47,867 nt of DNA from Octopus sinensis (lineage: Eukaryota), in contig NW_021834507.1 of assembly GCF_006345805.1 (NCBI RefSeq), forward strand, positions 1-47,867. The letters run 5' to 3'. The position numbers and the translations under genes are program-made. This document shows positions 11,520 through 24,329 of this stretch, piece after piece. Position 1 is the stretch's first letter. Each line of letters begins with the position of its first letter. The notes below the pieces were generated by a model. The model was not told the DNA's origin. It was given only the letters and a program-made list of their open reading frames with translations, and did not search any database.

Positions 11520-12090
11520 AAATGACACCATTTGCTTTCTGTATTTAATCGAGGTGTTAAGCCCACCAACGCTGCTTGCGAGATTTGTGCTATGCATGGA
11601 GAAGGAGCAATACCTCAAAGTACTGCCCACCGTTTGTTTACGCGCTTCAAAAATGGGAATTTTGATCCCAAGGACGGATCACACACCGGTCGACTAATTG
11701 AATTCGATGAAAAACGATTGAATCAACTTCTCGAAAATCCACGTCAAACGACCAGAGAATTGGCTGAGCAGATGGATTGTTATAAAAAGCAAAACTGTGG
11801 TGAACAATCTTTACTCAATGGCTAAGCTTCAGAAACTCGGCGCAAGGTTCAGAAACGCACCAATATGACCAAGAACTGGAACGGGAAGTGCTGGTTCATC
11901 CTCCATAATCTCCAGACTTGGCGCCGTCATATTTTCATCCCTTTCGACCTCTTTCGAACACTTTGTGCGGTGTATCATTCAATAATGACGTAGAATTGAG
12001 GGCTTAGTTGGACGAATTCATTGAGTCAAGACCAGAAGTTTTCTATCGCCGAGGCATCGGAAAACTTATTGAACGATAGAAGAATATATT
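11520..12090 (+). pseudogene. Internally deleted, decayed mariner (Tc1/mariner) transposase
   Basis: HTH region (...STAHRLFTRFKNGNFDPKDGSHTGR...NPRQTTRELAEQ) joined to the C-terminal HPP*SPDLAPSYFH (YSPDLAPSD motif with a stop) and FYRRGIGKLIER; catalytic middle missing; no TIRs found. Confidence 0.85.
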
Positions 12091-12163
12091 ATTGATCAAT
12101 TTGTTGTAGATTTTTTAAAAATAAAGTTCTATATTTAGGAGATGAGGAATTATGTACATTATT

Positions 12164-12312
12164 TACATTATTTACATTTGACGGATATTTGTCCTCATCT
12201 TGTATGTTATTAACACAAGACACCTGATGAAGGCTGGAGGGTATACCAGCCGAAACGTTGTGTTAACAACAAACAAGATGAGGATAAATATCAGTCAAAT
12301 GTAAATAATGTA
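12164..12312 (+). mobile_element. Foldback Penelope-like terminal-repeat fragment forming a hairpin
   Basis: Arms 12164-12218 and 12258-12312 are reverse complements (51/55 identical); the loop carries a hammerhead motif. Confidence 0.65.
12219..12264 (+). ncRNA. Minimal type I hammerhead ribozyme motif
   Basis: Stem I GACAC/GTGTT, CTGATGA (12224-12230), extra A, stem II GGCTGG/CCAGCC, GAAA (12252-12255), palindromic AACGTT in place of stem III. Confidence 0.6.
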
Positions 12313-14896
12313 GGTTTTTTTTATGTTTAAAATAAATTTGAAAAAACACTCGTGAATTATTCCTCAACAAAATATATAATGATATTGATACAAAATTAAG
12401 TGTCACGAAGCGGACCTGGTTGTATTGTTGTTACGCCCTAAGTGAAGCCTCATCGAGCACGTATTCCAACAATGACAATCTTATCCGTTTCGTTTCAGTC
12501 ACAATTTATCTAATGCGTCATTCTCTTACAAGACACACGAATTAGGTTTGAAATGTAACCCCACACTACTCCTAGTAGGTCACACAGTGATACAGGTTTC
12601 TTTTGTTCGGCTTGAGAAAATCACATAAACAAAGCGTATTACATTTTATCAGGTGCTTTGATCCCCATCTATATCTATTTCAGTCCGAGGTTAGCACGCC
12701 TTGTTTGAAAAGTGGGAATAAACATTTATTTCTGGTCACGAAAAAATGTGTCACAACATGCCTTCTTTTAATGGTATTAATTGACTCATATCAAGGTTGC
12801 CTGCAAGAATAGGTCAGGTAAACTGATTCCTTATTTATAAATAGTTTTGCGAAAGTGAAATAAGGAGGTTTATTTTGTGCAAGAAGACAAGCCTAGCGTT
12901 TCGCGTCGTATCCTTCGATAGAAAAATAGCAAAGAAAATGTCTCCTTCAAATCTCATCCTACGCTCTGTGATATTCAAATTATAAACAACATTTTTCGAT
13001 AAAACAACATTCTTTAAAGAATAAAACCTGACGAATCGATTCCCAGTTTACAGTTCATTTTCTTTTGATTTTGTTTGTGTCCTTTGATTTATTTGTGACT
13101 TTATTTTCTCTTTTCTACAGTTTTTGATAATTAAAAATAAAATATTCTGAAAAACATCTGCGTTTTGGAGAAATTCAGATGGCGTTGTTGTTGTTTTGTT
13201 AACATTGTTGTTATTGTTATTGTGCACTCGAGATCAGCCACAATTAAATCGACCATTGACTACAGTCTTACATTGTTTATTGCGTCCTTCCTTTGATCAA
13301 GGGAGAGTAACGAGGGAAATTTGGCTGCTATTTCTAGTAAGGCGTTGAACCACGTAGACACATTCTCATTGAGTTGGGAGAATTATGTTTCAGAGGAACT
13401 GAATAGAGAAAGAAATGTTACGGAAGCAGCCAATGAGTGAAACCTCTTGGACGATTTCCTACATGATACAAGCATGTTTTACTCAAATTTCACCATTCTG
13501 TCTTTTATAAAATGATAAGCGTTCGATAATCTAATTTCTGATACATGCAAGGATATAATGGTTATGATTGGAATGGATTTTGAACATAGGACTACTCGAT
13601 CACGGTTAACCTGTGGTTAAACAACAACGATGATGACGACGACGACGATAGCGTTAGCAACAACAACACCAATAACAGCGTAATGGAAAATCGTCAAGAA
13701 ATAACAAAGATGCAATTCTCGACATGCGCAGTCGACCTGCAAGAAATACCAGCCAAATGTTCTTCAAATTACGCCATACACACATAAAAAGGAAAGAATG
13801 CGCTAGAAAAAGCAGTCGCAAAAAATGAGATAGTCAGGTTTGGAGCGCTCTTTGAAGTTAGGTCAGCTAAATAAGAGTTATGTTCGGTTTAAACAACAGC
13901 AACAACAAATAACAACAACAGAAAGACTCGGTGGATTGATATATAAAGGATTGAAGGGCCACATTTGGAGCCAGTTTGAATTTCTATGCCTTGCCAGATA
14001 AGAGATGGAACTGGGGAGCCAAAATAACGAAGAAAATTAACAATGATGGACATATTAAATACTTTAGTTTATACAAGATGTTGGTCACATCTAGAAAGTC
14101 TCTAGAACATAAATTTGCTCAATGTTGACCTATGACTCAACAACAATGGATGATGGCAGTTTCGTTATGTACAATGATCATGAGAAAGGGTTGCATGTCC
14201 TTGAGCGACCATGGAAACCTATCCTTGGTACTACGAGATTTTTCTTCCTGTCTGTGCAAAGCGAACCCTCCATTTGTAATCATCCAAGATGAAGACGACT
14301 CTAATGTGAAATCCACGGAGAGTCAATCAGTAGAGTCAATCCACGGAGAGTCAATCAGTATAATCTTTCGACTCAGAAGACTGCCCACAGTGAATGAACG
14401 TGCAAAGATGACGCCGCTGACCAGCAGGCTGCAGGTTTTACATTAGAGGGGTCTTCATCTCGGAGAATGGCATTACCGCAATGCAGAGCTCCATTCATCA
14501 TGGAATTGCTGGGACGGTGTGAAAGACAGCAATAGACCCCGGTCCTTGATTCGTTGCCGTGGCTGACTCCCCTAAATTCATCCTTTCCTAAAGTACTCCA
14601 TAGGGAGTAACAATGTAACAATAAACGAACAGAAGACATTTTAGACAAGGTTGTCTCTAAGCTGCATAAAGTGGGTTGGTCACGGCTGGAATGCATTATA
14701 ATATAAGATTTCGTTGAGCAATGCTTCTCTGGGATTAGTCAAAGACAAACAAAATGTAATGGAACAATTGGTGAATGTCTGGAAATATAATTGCAATTAG
14801 TGGAAGCGATTAGATGTCTTGCCACTACAGCGACATCTACTGACGAACTTAACGTTAATTGTTCTATAGTCAAATGAATACAAATGGAGGATTCGC

Positions 14897-14927
<31 letters not shown>

Positions 14928-15129
14928 CACACATATTATATGTATGTATAATGTAGTTTATTTATTTTTATTTATATTTTTCATTATTAGGTATTTTTTA
15001 TTTTGGAATGTAATTTTATATCGCAACATTATCTCCCTTCACTTCGCTCATCAATTAGTGACGTGATAGAGAGAAAGAGAGTGAAAGGGAAAAAGAAAGC
15101 AGATTGATTGAAATAAAATACATGTGGGA

Positions 15130-16500
<1,371 letters not shown>

Positions 16501-16828
16501 TTAGGAAGGAGAAGGAGTCGATGGAACATGGAACGGAATTTAGTGTAGCTTTGACGTTTTATTGATTAAGTTGGTTTGTGTTGTTTCTTTTTGTTACTAT
16601 TTCTATTAAAATGAATTTGATTACTTGTAATTTATTCAAATGGATTTTACTGTGCGACTCATATCGGTTCCTAATTAATTGTCTTTGCCTTGGATGTGTT
16701 GGAACTTTTAGTTCTGATAGTATTTAGCTAAAACTGGACGAAGTATTAGGAAACGGAGAAGCGAATATAAGCGGAGAAACAGAAGACTTTGGGATAAGTG
16801 GATAGATCTACACAGGAGATGCATATAA

Positions 16829-16904
<76 letters not shown>

Positions 16905-16934
16905 GTATATACATATATATAGCTGAAATTTACA

Positions 16935-17075
16935 GAACAACAAAAGACGAAGACAGGTGTATAAAAATCAAACAGGTATATTAGTTTAACGCTCGGGAGG
17001 TTGTGAAAGTCTGTTACGTTTCGAGCCTACGCTCTTCAACAGAAAGAAACATGAGGAAATATACAGAGAGAGAAT
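16935..17075 (-). mobile_element. Penelope-like terminal-repeat remnant with a hammerhead-like motif (homologous to 43935-44075)
   Basis: Antisense CTTTCTGTTGAAGAGCGTAGGCTCGAAACGTA...CCCGAGCGTTAAACTA; the same element occurs at 43935-44075. Confidence 0.55.
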
Positions 17076-17403
17076 GAAATAAGTTTTGGAGCTAGCGGTC
17101 AATCATATATATGTTTGTATCCATGTGTGTGTGTGTCTGTGTGTGTGTGTGTCTGTGTGTCTGTGTGTCTGTGTGTCTGTGTGTCTGTGTGAAAGGTTGA
17201 ACAGCAGAACACAAGGAGAAAAAGTTAGACGGAAGCAGAGCAAACGGGAAACTAGACGAAAACTTAACGGACGAGAAATACAAAGACACGATACACGGAA
17301 TATTCGCAAATTTTTCCTCGTCAGTCAACGAACCAAAATGTATTTGTGGTTTCGCGCCTATGTATGTATGTATATATATATATGTCTCTCACTCTCTCTC
17401 TCA

Positions 17404-17467
<64 letters not shown>

Positions 17468-17539
17468 GTAAGGTATCTGTCTCTCTCTGTCATGTCTGTC
17501 TCTGTATATATATATATATATATATATGTCTCTAATTTA

Positions 17540-17577
<38 letters not shown>

Positions 17578-17581
<4 letters not shown>

Positions 17582-17885
17582 CTAGTGGTTAGGGCAGCGG
17601 ACTAGGCAATGGCCTAGTGGTTAGGGCAGCGGACTCGCGGTCGTAGGATCGCGGTTTCGATTCCCAGACCGGGTGTGTGAGTGTTTATGAGCGAAAACAT
17701 CTAAAAGCTCCACGAAGCTCCGGCAGGGGTGGTGATCCCTGCTGTACTCTTTCACCACTCTTTCTCTCACTCTTTCTTCTGTTGGCCTGCTCGCTTAGCG
17801 AGCGGGGTGGCGTCATTCGAAGGCTAAAACAATGCGAACGCATTGTGACCAGCGATGTGTAGCAACATCTGATGGTCTGGTCGGT

Positions 17886-17892
<7 letters not shown>
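17578..17892 (+). mobile_element. tRNA-derived SINE family 3 with a duplicated 5' A-box segment
   Basis: TGGCCTAGTGGTTAGGGCAGCGGACT twice (17578-17603, 17610-17635), B-box-like GGTTTCGATTCC, tail shared with 1133-1245. Confidence 0.8.
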
Positions 17893-17925
<33 letters not shown>

Positions 17926-17927
<2 letters not shown>

Positions 17928-18236
17928 GCACTCCGTCAGTTACGAGGACGAGGGTTCCAGTTGAACCGACCAACGGAACATCTTGCTCGTGGAATTAACA
18001 TGCAGGTAGTTGAGCACCCCACAGACACGCGTATCCTTAACGTAGTTCTCAAGGAGATTCAGCATGACCCAAAGTGTGTCATGGTTTGCCCTTTGGAAAT
18101 AAAGATACGACCCACATTCGCCAGCTGAGCAAACTGGAGCAAGATGATTTAAAGTGTCTTGCTCATGGCACAAAGCACCGTCGAGTATCGAACTCACGGT
18201 CTTACGATCGCGAGCCGAATTGCCTTCATTACGCAC
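17926..18236 (-). mobile_element. tRNA/CORE-type SINE family 4
   Basis: Antisense: B box GAGTTCGATAC, CORE-like GTGCCATGAGCAAGACACTTTA, distinct body and tail GGAACCCTCGTCCTCGTAACTGACGGAGTGCC ending at (TA)n. Confidence 0.7.
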
Positions 18237-18459
18237 ATATTCATGCACACTCAAAGGCAGACGAGAAAAAACACACACAGAAGCATACATTCTCACACAT
18301 GCATATATAGAAAGTGTGAAAGAAAACCGCTCATAGGTTTTTTTGTTGTACCCAAGCGTTGGTGAAGTAACGCAGGTGCGATCAGTGTCTTCATATAAAT
18401 AATATTTCTCTTTTTTCCTTTTTTTCTTTTAGTTACCATCATCAATACATTTACAGATA

Positions 18460-18830
18460 GAAACAAGCGACCGTCCGTCGAAGGGTCTTTGGGCTAACGT
18501 TCCTCGATCGAGTACTTAACTTGGAGGTCAAAGAGGCGCTGCATGTAGAAACGCTACATTTCTGAAGTGAGAGGTCACAACTCCGATACTGCGGGCATGT
18601 GATAAGAATATCTGAGGAAAGTATCGCTGGACAGGTTCTACGGGCAAAACCAATCGGCAGGAGACCCAGGGGTATGGCTGCGATCGAGATGGTTGGATAA
18701 TATCCATTAGCTCGATTGGTCTTGCCTGCGGAAAGATCAAGATCCGATGGACGGCGTGCTTGAGGTTTCTGCCCCCACGACCGTCCCTGGAAGAAGTGAG
18801 CGAAGGAGATGAGATGCCACTGTATTTGTT
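18460..18830 (+). mobile_element. RTE-clade LINE 3' end fragment
   Basis: RRVFGLTFLDRVLNLEVKEALHVE...ERSQLRYCGHVIR...AKPIGRRPRG then ...PPRPSLEE; typical RTE C-terminus. Confidence 0.8.
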
Positions 18831-18909
18831 TGGAATGGTGCACCTGGTGTGTTTGTTGGTGAAACATTTATAAAGGATGGTGAACGTGGAAGGTATTCCT
18901 GCCATGCAA

Positions 18910-19231
18910 TGAAAGGTAAGGTAAGGTAAGGAAATGGATAGAGATGGCAGAGAGGTAGAAGAGCGGTAGAGAGTGAATGATTTAGAGGTGAAGAAAGGAA
19001 ATGTGCATGTGTATGTGTGTGTATGTGTGTGTGTGTGAGAGAGAGACAGACAGAGACAGAGACAGATAGAGTGATGGAGAAAGGGAGAGAGTGCGAGATA
19101 TAGAATGATGGAGAAAAAGAGAGAGTGAGAAATGTATTAGGAAAGGGTGGAGGTAAAAATTGATGATGAGAGATGAATAAAGGAGAAATGGTAAAAAACT
19201 GATGATGAAAAATGTAAGAGAAGCAGAGAAA

Positions 19232-19263
<32 letters not shown>

Positions 19264-19576
19264 AGAGAAAGAGAGAAAGATAAACAGTGAGTTAAAGGAT
19301 GTGAAGTATTAAAAGACTTTGGTAGAGAATTAGATATAAAATAGGAGAAAGTAAAAGAAACAGAAACGAAATAAGAGAGAAACTGGTCAATAAGAAAGGA
19401 TTGATGAATGAGTGATGAGAGAGGGATTGTAAGGAAGAGGATAAAGAGAGGAGGAGGAGAGAGAGGGCGAGGAGAGAAAGAGAAAGGCAAAGAAAAGAAA
19501 GAGAAATGAAGGAGGAGAGATAAAACTAGGGTGGAAGGAGAGATTGTGAGAAAAAGAATGGTTAAAGTGGGAAAAG

Positions 19577-19616
<40 letters not shown>

Positions 19617-19700
19617 AAAGAGAAGAAAAGGGAGAGAGAGAGAAAATAAGGGAGAAGACAAAAGAGAAAGAGAGTGAAAGGAGGACGGTGGGGGTGGGGA
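18910..19700 (+). repeat. About 800-bp purine-rich (GA) low-complexity tract
   Basis: Direct reading; source of the spurious 246-aa ORF at 19137-19877. Confidence 0.9.
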
Positions 19701-19839
19701 GAAGAGTTTTAAAGTGATCTTGATTTGTTTAACAAACACGTCAGACTGTTGAATTTTATTCGAAATAAGAGGCAAATCATTTGAATTCCACTTGAACAGA
19801 TATTGGGGAATTAATTTAATATTATCAAAACACACACAC

Positions 19840-19870
<31 letters not shown>

Positions 19871-20239
19871 AACACACACCAGTTAAATGTACCTCCCCGC
19901 GTTATTCCATCTGACGTCAAATACGAATCACGCAATTAAAAGTGATCGAGAATTAAACCAACAAAGAAAAGAATACGAAAAAGAAAAAAAAGAATTAAAA
20001 ACAACATACAAAATTACAAAAATGATTGTAATTAGCAGCTTAGAAGTCTACTTTACAAATCGATACATATTTGAAGTTGAATTTAGCTCGAGTCAAGCCG
20101 TAGATTGTTTTCGATATATTCTATTCTAATTCAGTTAACGATGGTCTTATATATTTTTGTTTGTTTCAAAATCAATTATACTTGCGAAAACTGTTTGTAT
20201 ATTTCTACATTTATACATTTAAAACACACGCGGGCACAC

Positions 20240-20242
20240 ACA

Positions 20243-20289
<47 letters not shown>

Positions 20290-20334
20290 CACACACATAT
20301 ACGTTCATATATATATGTATATGAAAATATATGT

Positions 20335-20395
<61 letters not shown>

Positions 20396-20640
20396 CATAC
20401 ATATACGTTCATATATATATAAATATATGTGAAAATATATGTACATATATATATATACATACACACATATACGTTCATATATATATATATAAATATATGT
20501 GAAAATATATGTACATATATATATATATATATACATACACACATATACGTTCATATATATATATATAATACACACACATACGCCCATATATATATATATA
20601 TATATATTTACATATATATATACATATATATACACACACG
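20240..20640. repeat. Higher-order VNTR built from TA/CA repeats
   Basis: CATATACGTTCATATAT core recurs at about 20296, 20400, 20466 and 20541; GAAAATATATGTAC recurs three times. Confidence 0.85.
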
Positions 20641-21316
20641 TCAACATTGTTTTGTTTAATAGACAGCCTTTGATTTTGATTAAGCAAAGTTTGAAATTAT
20701 TATTCCATTAATTTGAAATGCTACAGAGATTGCAGAGTTGGATAATATGATCTGTGTTCCAGTGTCTGTCACTTTCTTTGGAGCACATCAACCTGTGATC
20801 GATGAGAAAATACAAATGAAAAAAAAGAAGAAAAAGAAAGAAACAAACAAAGAAAAAACAAAGAAAAAGGGAAACCGATATTCTATATGGTAGCTTGTAC
20901 AGCATTCACATCGACAGAAAGCTTTCTAACAGTATAATTCTCATCGATTCCCATGATTGCGGTGCTGTGTTCTTAATAAGACCATATAATGTTCAAAGGA
21001 TCCGGAGACTGAATTTTAATTCCTTACTTTGATGAAAGGATTCGCGAATAATACCACAGAGTTATATTGGGGGCTACTTTATTTGATTTCGTGAGACAAA
21101 AGAGATTTTAAAGTTATTTAAATTAAATCTGTAACGAAGAGTAAAACATTGGCGTTGATGGCAATTCTTGTGAAGAAAGTCAAGGGAGACAACTTTGATA
21201 TCCAAATTGATGAGTTGAAGTTCAATCACAGGAAATCTGTAGACGAGCAGGTCTACGATCAGACATGATTCGAGATTGGCAGTAGTAACTTTACAAGGTA
21301 TACAGACAGCGTTATC

Positions 21317-21474
21317 CAGGAATGGCTGTGTGGTAAGAAGTTTGCTTCGCAACCACATAGTTCCGGGTTCAGTCCAACTGCATGGTACCTTGGGCAAATA
21401 TCTTCTACTATAGCCTCAGGCTGCCGACTAAAGCCTTGTGAGTGGATTTGGTAGACTGAAGCTGAAAGAAATCC
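21317..21474 (+). mobile_element. SINE family 1, 5' half
   Basis: GGAATGGCTGTGTGGTAAG...GGTACCTTGGGCAAATATCTT...GGATTTGGTAGAC. Confidence 0.85.
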
Positions 21475-21475
21475 T

Positions 21476-21628
21476 TTTCTCTTGGACTTTCCTTTGTTTC
21501 CTGTTTCTAAAGAAGAGCTTTGCCCGAAACGAAAAACACCCTTTCTTTCCTACCCTGAGCGTCTGCTAATACTTTGCATGTACCACGTCCTCGCGTTGTT
21601 GTTTTGTCTTCGTTTTGTTTTGGGATTA
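21476..21628 (+). mobile_element. Penelope-like remnant, same family as 42430-42610
   Basis: Decayed hammerhead-like GTTTCTAAAGAAGAGCTTTGCCCGAAACG and the shared CCACGTCCTCGC...GTTGTT tail. Confidence 0.5.
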
Positions 21629-21661
21629 ACTATATATATATATATCATTGTTTACACACAC

Positions 21662-21729
<68 letters not shown>

Positions 21730-21731
<2 letters not shown>

Positions 21732-22128
21732 GAGTAGCTGTGTGGTAAGTAACTTGCTTTACAACAACATGGTTCCGGGTTCAGTCCCACTGCGTGTAGC
21801 TTGGGCAAGTGTCTTCTACTATAGCCTCGGGCCGACCAATGCCTTGTGAGAGACTTGGTAGACGGAAACTGAAAGAAGCCCGTCATATATATATATATAT
21901 TTATTTGTATGTTTGCGCATATGTTTGTGTGTCTGTGTTTGTCCACCTACCATCGCCTGACAATTGATGCTGGTGTGTTTACGCCCCCGGTAACTTAGCC
22001 CATCGGCAAAATAGACCGATAGAATAAGTACTAGTCATACAAAGAATAAGTCCTGGGGTCGATTTGCTCGACTAAAGGTGGTGCTTCAGCATGGCCACAG
22101 TCAAATGACTGGAGCAAATAAAAGAATA
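21730..22128 (+). mobile_element. SINE family 1, near full length
   Basis: Collinear with 10696-11113. Confidence 0.9.
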
Positions 22129-22926
22129 TACATATATATTCTACAGACCACTGATTGATAAATATTATTTGAACAGCCCATGCAATAACAGTTGTTTAAT
22201 TAGAATTGTTAATTATAATAGATTTCTAAATCATTTGTTGCATTCATCGCGGTCCTACTTTGCTGCGATATTTTGTTTCACATAACTTGCCAAACATTAT
22301 ACAATCGCTGAAAAATCAAAAAATTATTTTATGTGGACATAAATAATTTTAAAATGTAACATAAATGCATAAACATATAGCATGAAACCAGTGCAAATAA
22401 TATAATTATGAAAAACGAATTCCTCTCTAAACACACTTTCGTGTTTACTTCAAGAAAGAAAAAAGAAGTAAAATGGCTACTTTTTGTGAATTTAACTTTT
22501 CCTCCATTTTGAATTTGTTTGCTTGTTTTCTTGCTTCTCACTTCATGTATAACTTTCTAATGTTTGAATTCAATCAGGCAATGTCATTAACAAAAGGATT
22601 GAAACTTAGCTCTTTATCCTTAGCGTTGCCGCTTCTTGGCTAATAAAGCTAGATTTTGGAGATGTTTTTATAGTTCCGGTAACGCAGTAAAGAAAAATGC
22701 TTCCTTTTCACGCGTTTAACAAAAGTATGTTTACCTAACGATGTCAGCAGTAACACCTCGCCCATCATTTATTCATAGCATTCAGCCTCAGAGGAGTTTT
22801 TCAAAGAATGAACAAACGTGATTAAATCTATTGCTATTACAGTCTATTGTTGTTTTGTTGTTGCTGTTGTTGTTGTTATAGTTATTATTATTATTATCAT
22901 TATATTATTATTATTATTATTATTAT

Positions 22927-23170
22927 TGAGTGAGAGAGCAGTGCATGTCCTCAAAGTGACACTGAGGTAAAATTTCAGGCTCTGTTTTCGCGAACAGTCT
23001 TAAATCATCCATGAAGAGAAGGTGGTTGAGACGGGATCCGTCCTTTCTCAGTTCATAGTGCGCGTTGACATTGCGTAGGACTACAGGAAGTTGGATCAAG
23101 GCTATAACAAAAAAGTCAGGTGAACAAGAGTCTACTTCGAAGTTACCTCTTTTGATTGTTGCCTCGGCTG
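22927..23170 (-). mobile_element. Chimera: R4/Dong RT core fused to the 3'-terminal ~46 nt of element X
   Basis: 23170-22971 reads ATIKRGNFEVDSCSPDFFVIALIQLP...RLNHLLFMDDLRLFAKTEPEI (RT motifs QGD-SP decayed, FMDD retained); 22927-22972 matches the end of 23181-23627. Confidence 0.8.
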
Positions 23171-23180
23171 TTATTATTAT

Positions 23181-23627
23181 TGAGTGAGAGAGCAGTGCAT
23201 GCCATCAAAGTGACACTAGGGTAAAATATACGAAGCCCAGTATACCCATCATGACTACCCGTCTGATAAGGGTACACTAGGCACATTCATCACAACCATA
23301 TGTGCGCGACATCGTGATCTCATATCAAGATAAACAGCACATGACCTTGCAGTTAGAATTTTCTTCTGGTCGAGTAGCCCATCCCGCTCAAAAGGTCCCT
23401 GAATAAGGATTGTTTAAGGATGTTGAACGAAACACCCATGTTTCCAGAGGTGAATTATTCAAACCCCAAAGAATCCCTCTCAACACATAGCTATGATGCT
23501 TCCCCACTACTTCTGCTCATGATCAGAGATGCACATATCGTCAGCCACTAAGGGACATGCTCAACCGGTTAAGGTCAAGCAACTAACAAGCAAATCTGTG
23601 GTATTAAGCAGAATATTTGCTGTAGCC
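23181..23627 (-). mobile_element. Unclassified, apparently non-coding TAA-flanked retroelement 3' end (element X)
   Basis: Bounded by (TTA)n on both sides; its terminus ...GCACTGCTCTCTCACTCA(ATA)n also occurs at 22927. Confidence 0.6.
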
Positions 23628-23643
23628 TTATTATTATTATTAT

Positions 23644-23672
<29 letters not shown>

Positions 23673-23674
<2 letters not shown>

Positions 23675-24329
23675 CAGTAGTTTTATTTTTATAGCGTGCT
23701 TTCACTTCACTACCGAGCGCAGCTCTGTGTGCCTTGGGTATGTGCTGTGATTTGTTGTGATGCTCTGATGGTTATTGTATGGAAAGTGTTCTGCGTAGGA
23801 TGTGTGCAGTGCCTAGTAGTGCAATTTTCTGTATGTTATATGTGTTTGTAAGTCCTGGTGTTTTTGTTATGTATTTGTCTGAATATTTTTTTATCATGCC
23901 TAATGCACCTACTATGATAGGAATTGTTTCTGTTTTCAGATTCCACATTCTAGTTACCTCTATTTCCAGGTCTTTGTATTTTGAGAGTTTCTCCATTTCT
24001 TTTAGAGACACGTTGTCATCAGCCGGTATTGATACATCAATTAGAAAGCATTTTTTTCTTCATGGTCTCTGACAACTATATCTGGTCTGTTGGCCTTAAT
24101 TTCTCTGTCTGTGTGTATCGGCATATCCCAGAGTATGGTTGCTTTCTCGTTTTCTGTGACCTTTTCTGGTGTGTGCCTATACCATCTTTTTTCTGTTGTT
24201 ATTCCATAATGTTGGCATAGCTTCCAATGTATGTAGGTTCCAACTCTGTCATGTCTGTGAATATATTCCTTCTTAGCCAGGACTGGGCAGCTAGAGATAA
24301 TATGATTTATTGTTTCTTGTCCATCTCCA

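Noticed and set aside
11400-12130. Terminal inverted repeats for the mariner remnant
   Set aside because: No matching inverted ends or TA duplication could be identified by eye.
17610-17675. tRNA-like sequence with A and B boxes
   Set aside because: No full cloverleaf, and it continues into a SINE body; the same applies to the other SINE heads.
19137-19877. Longest ORF (246 aa)
   Set aside because: Antisense of the GA-rich tract; S/L/F low complexity.
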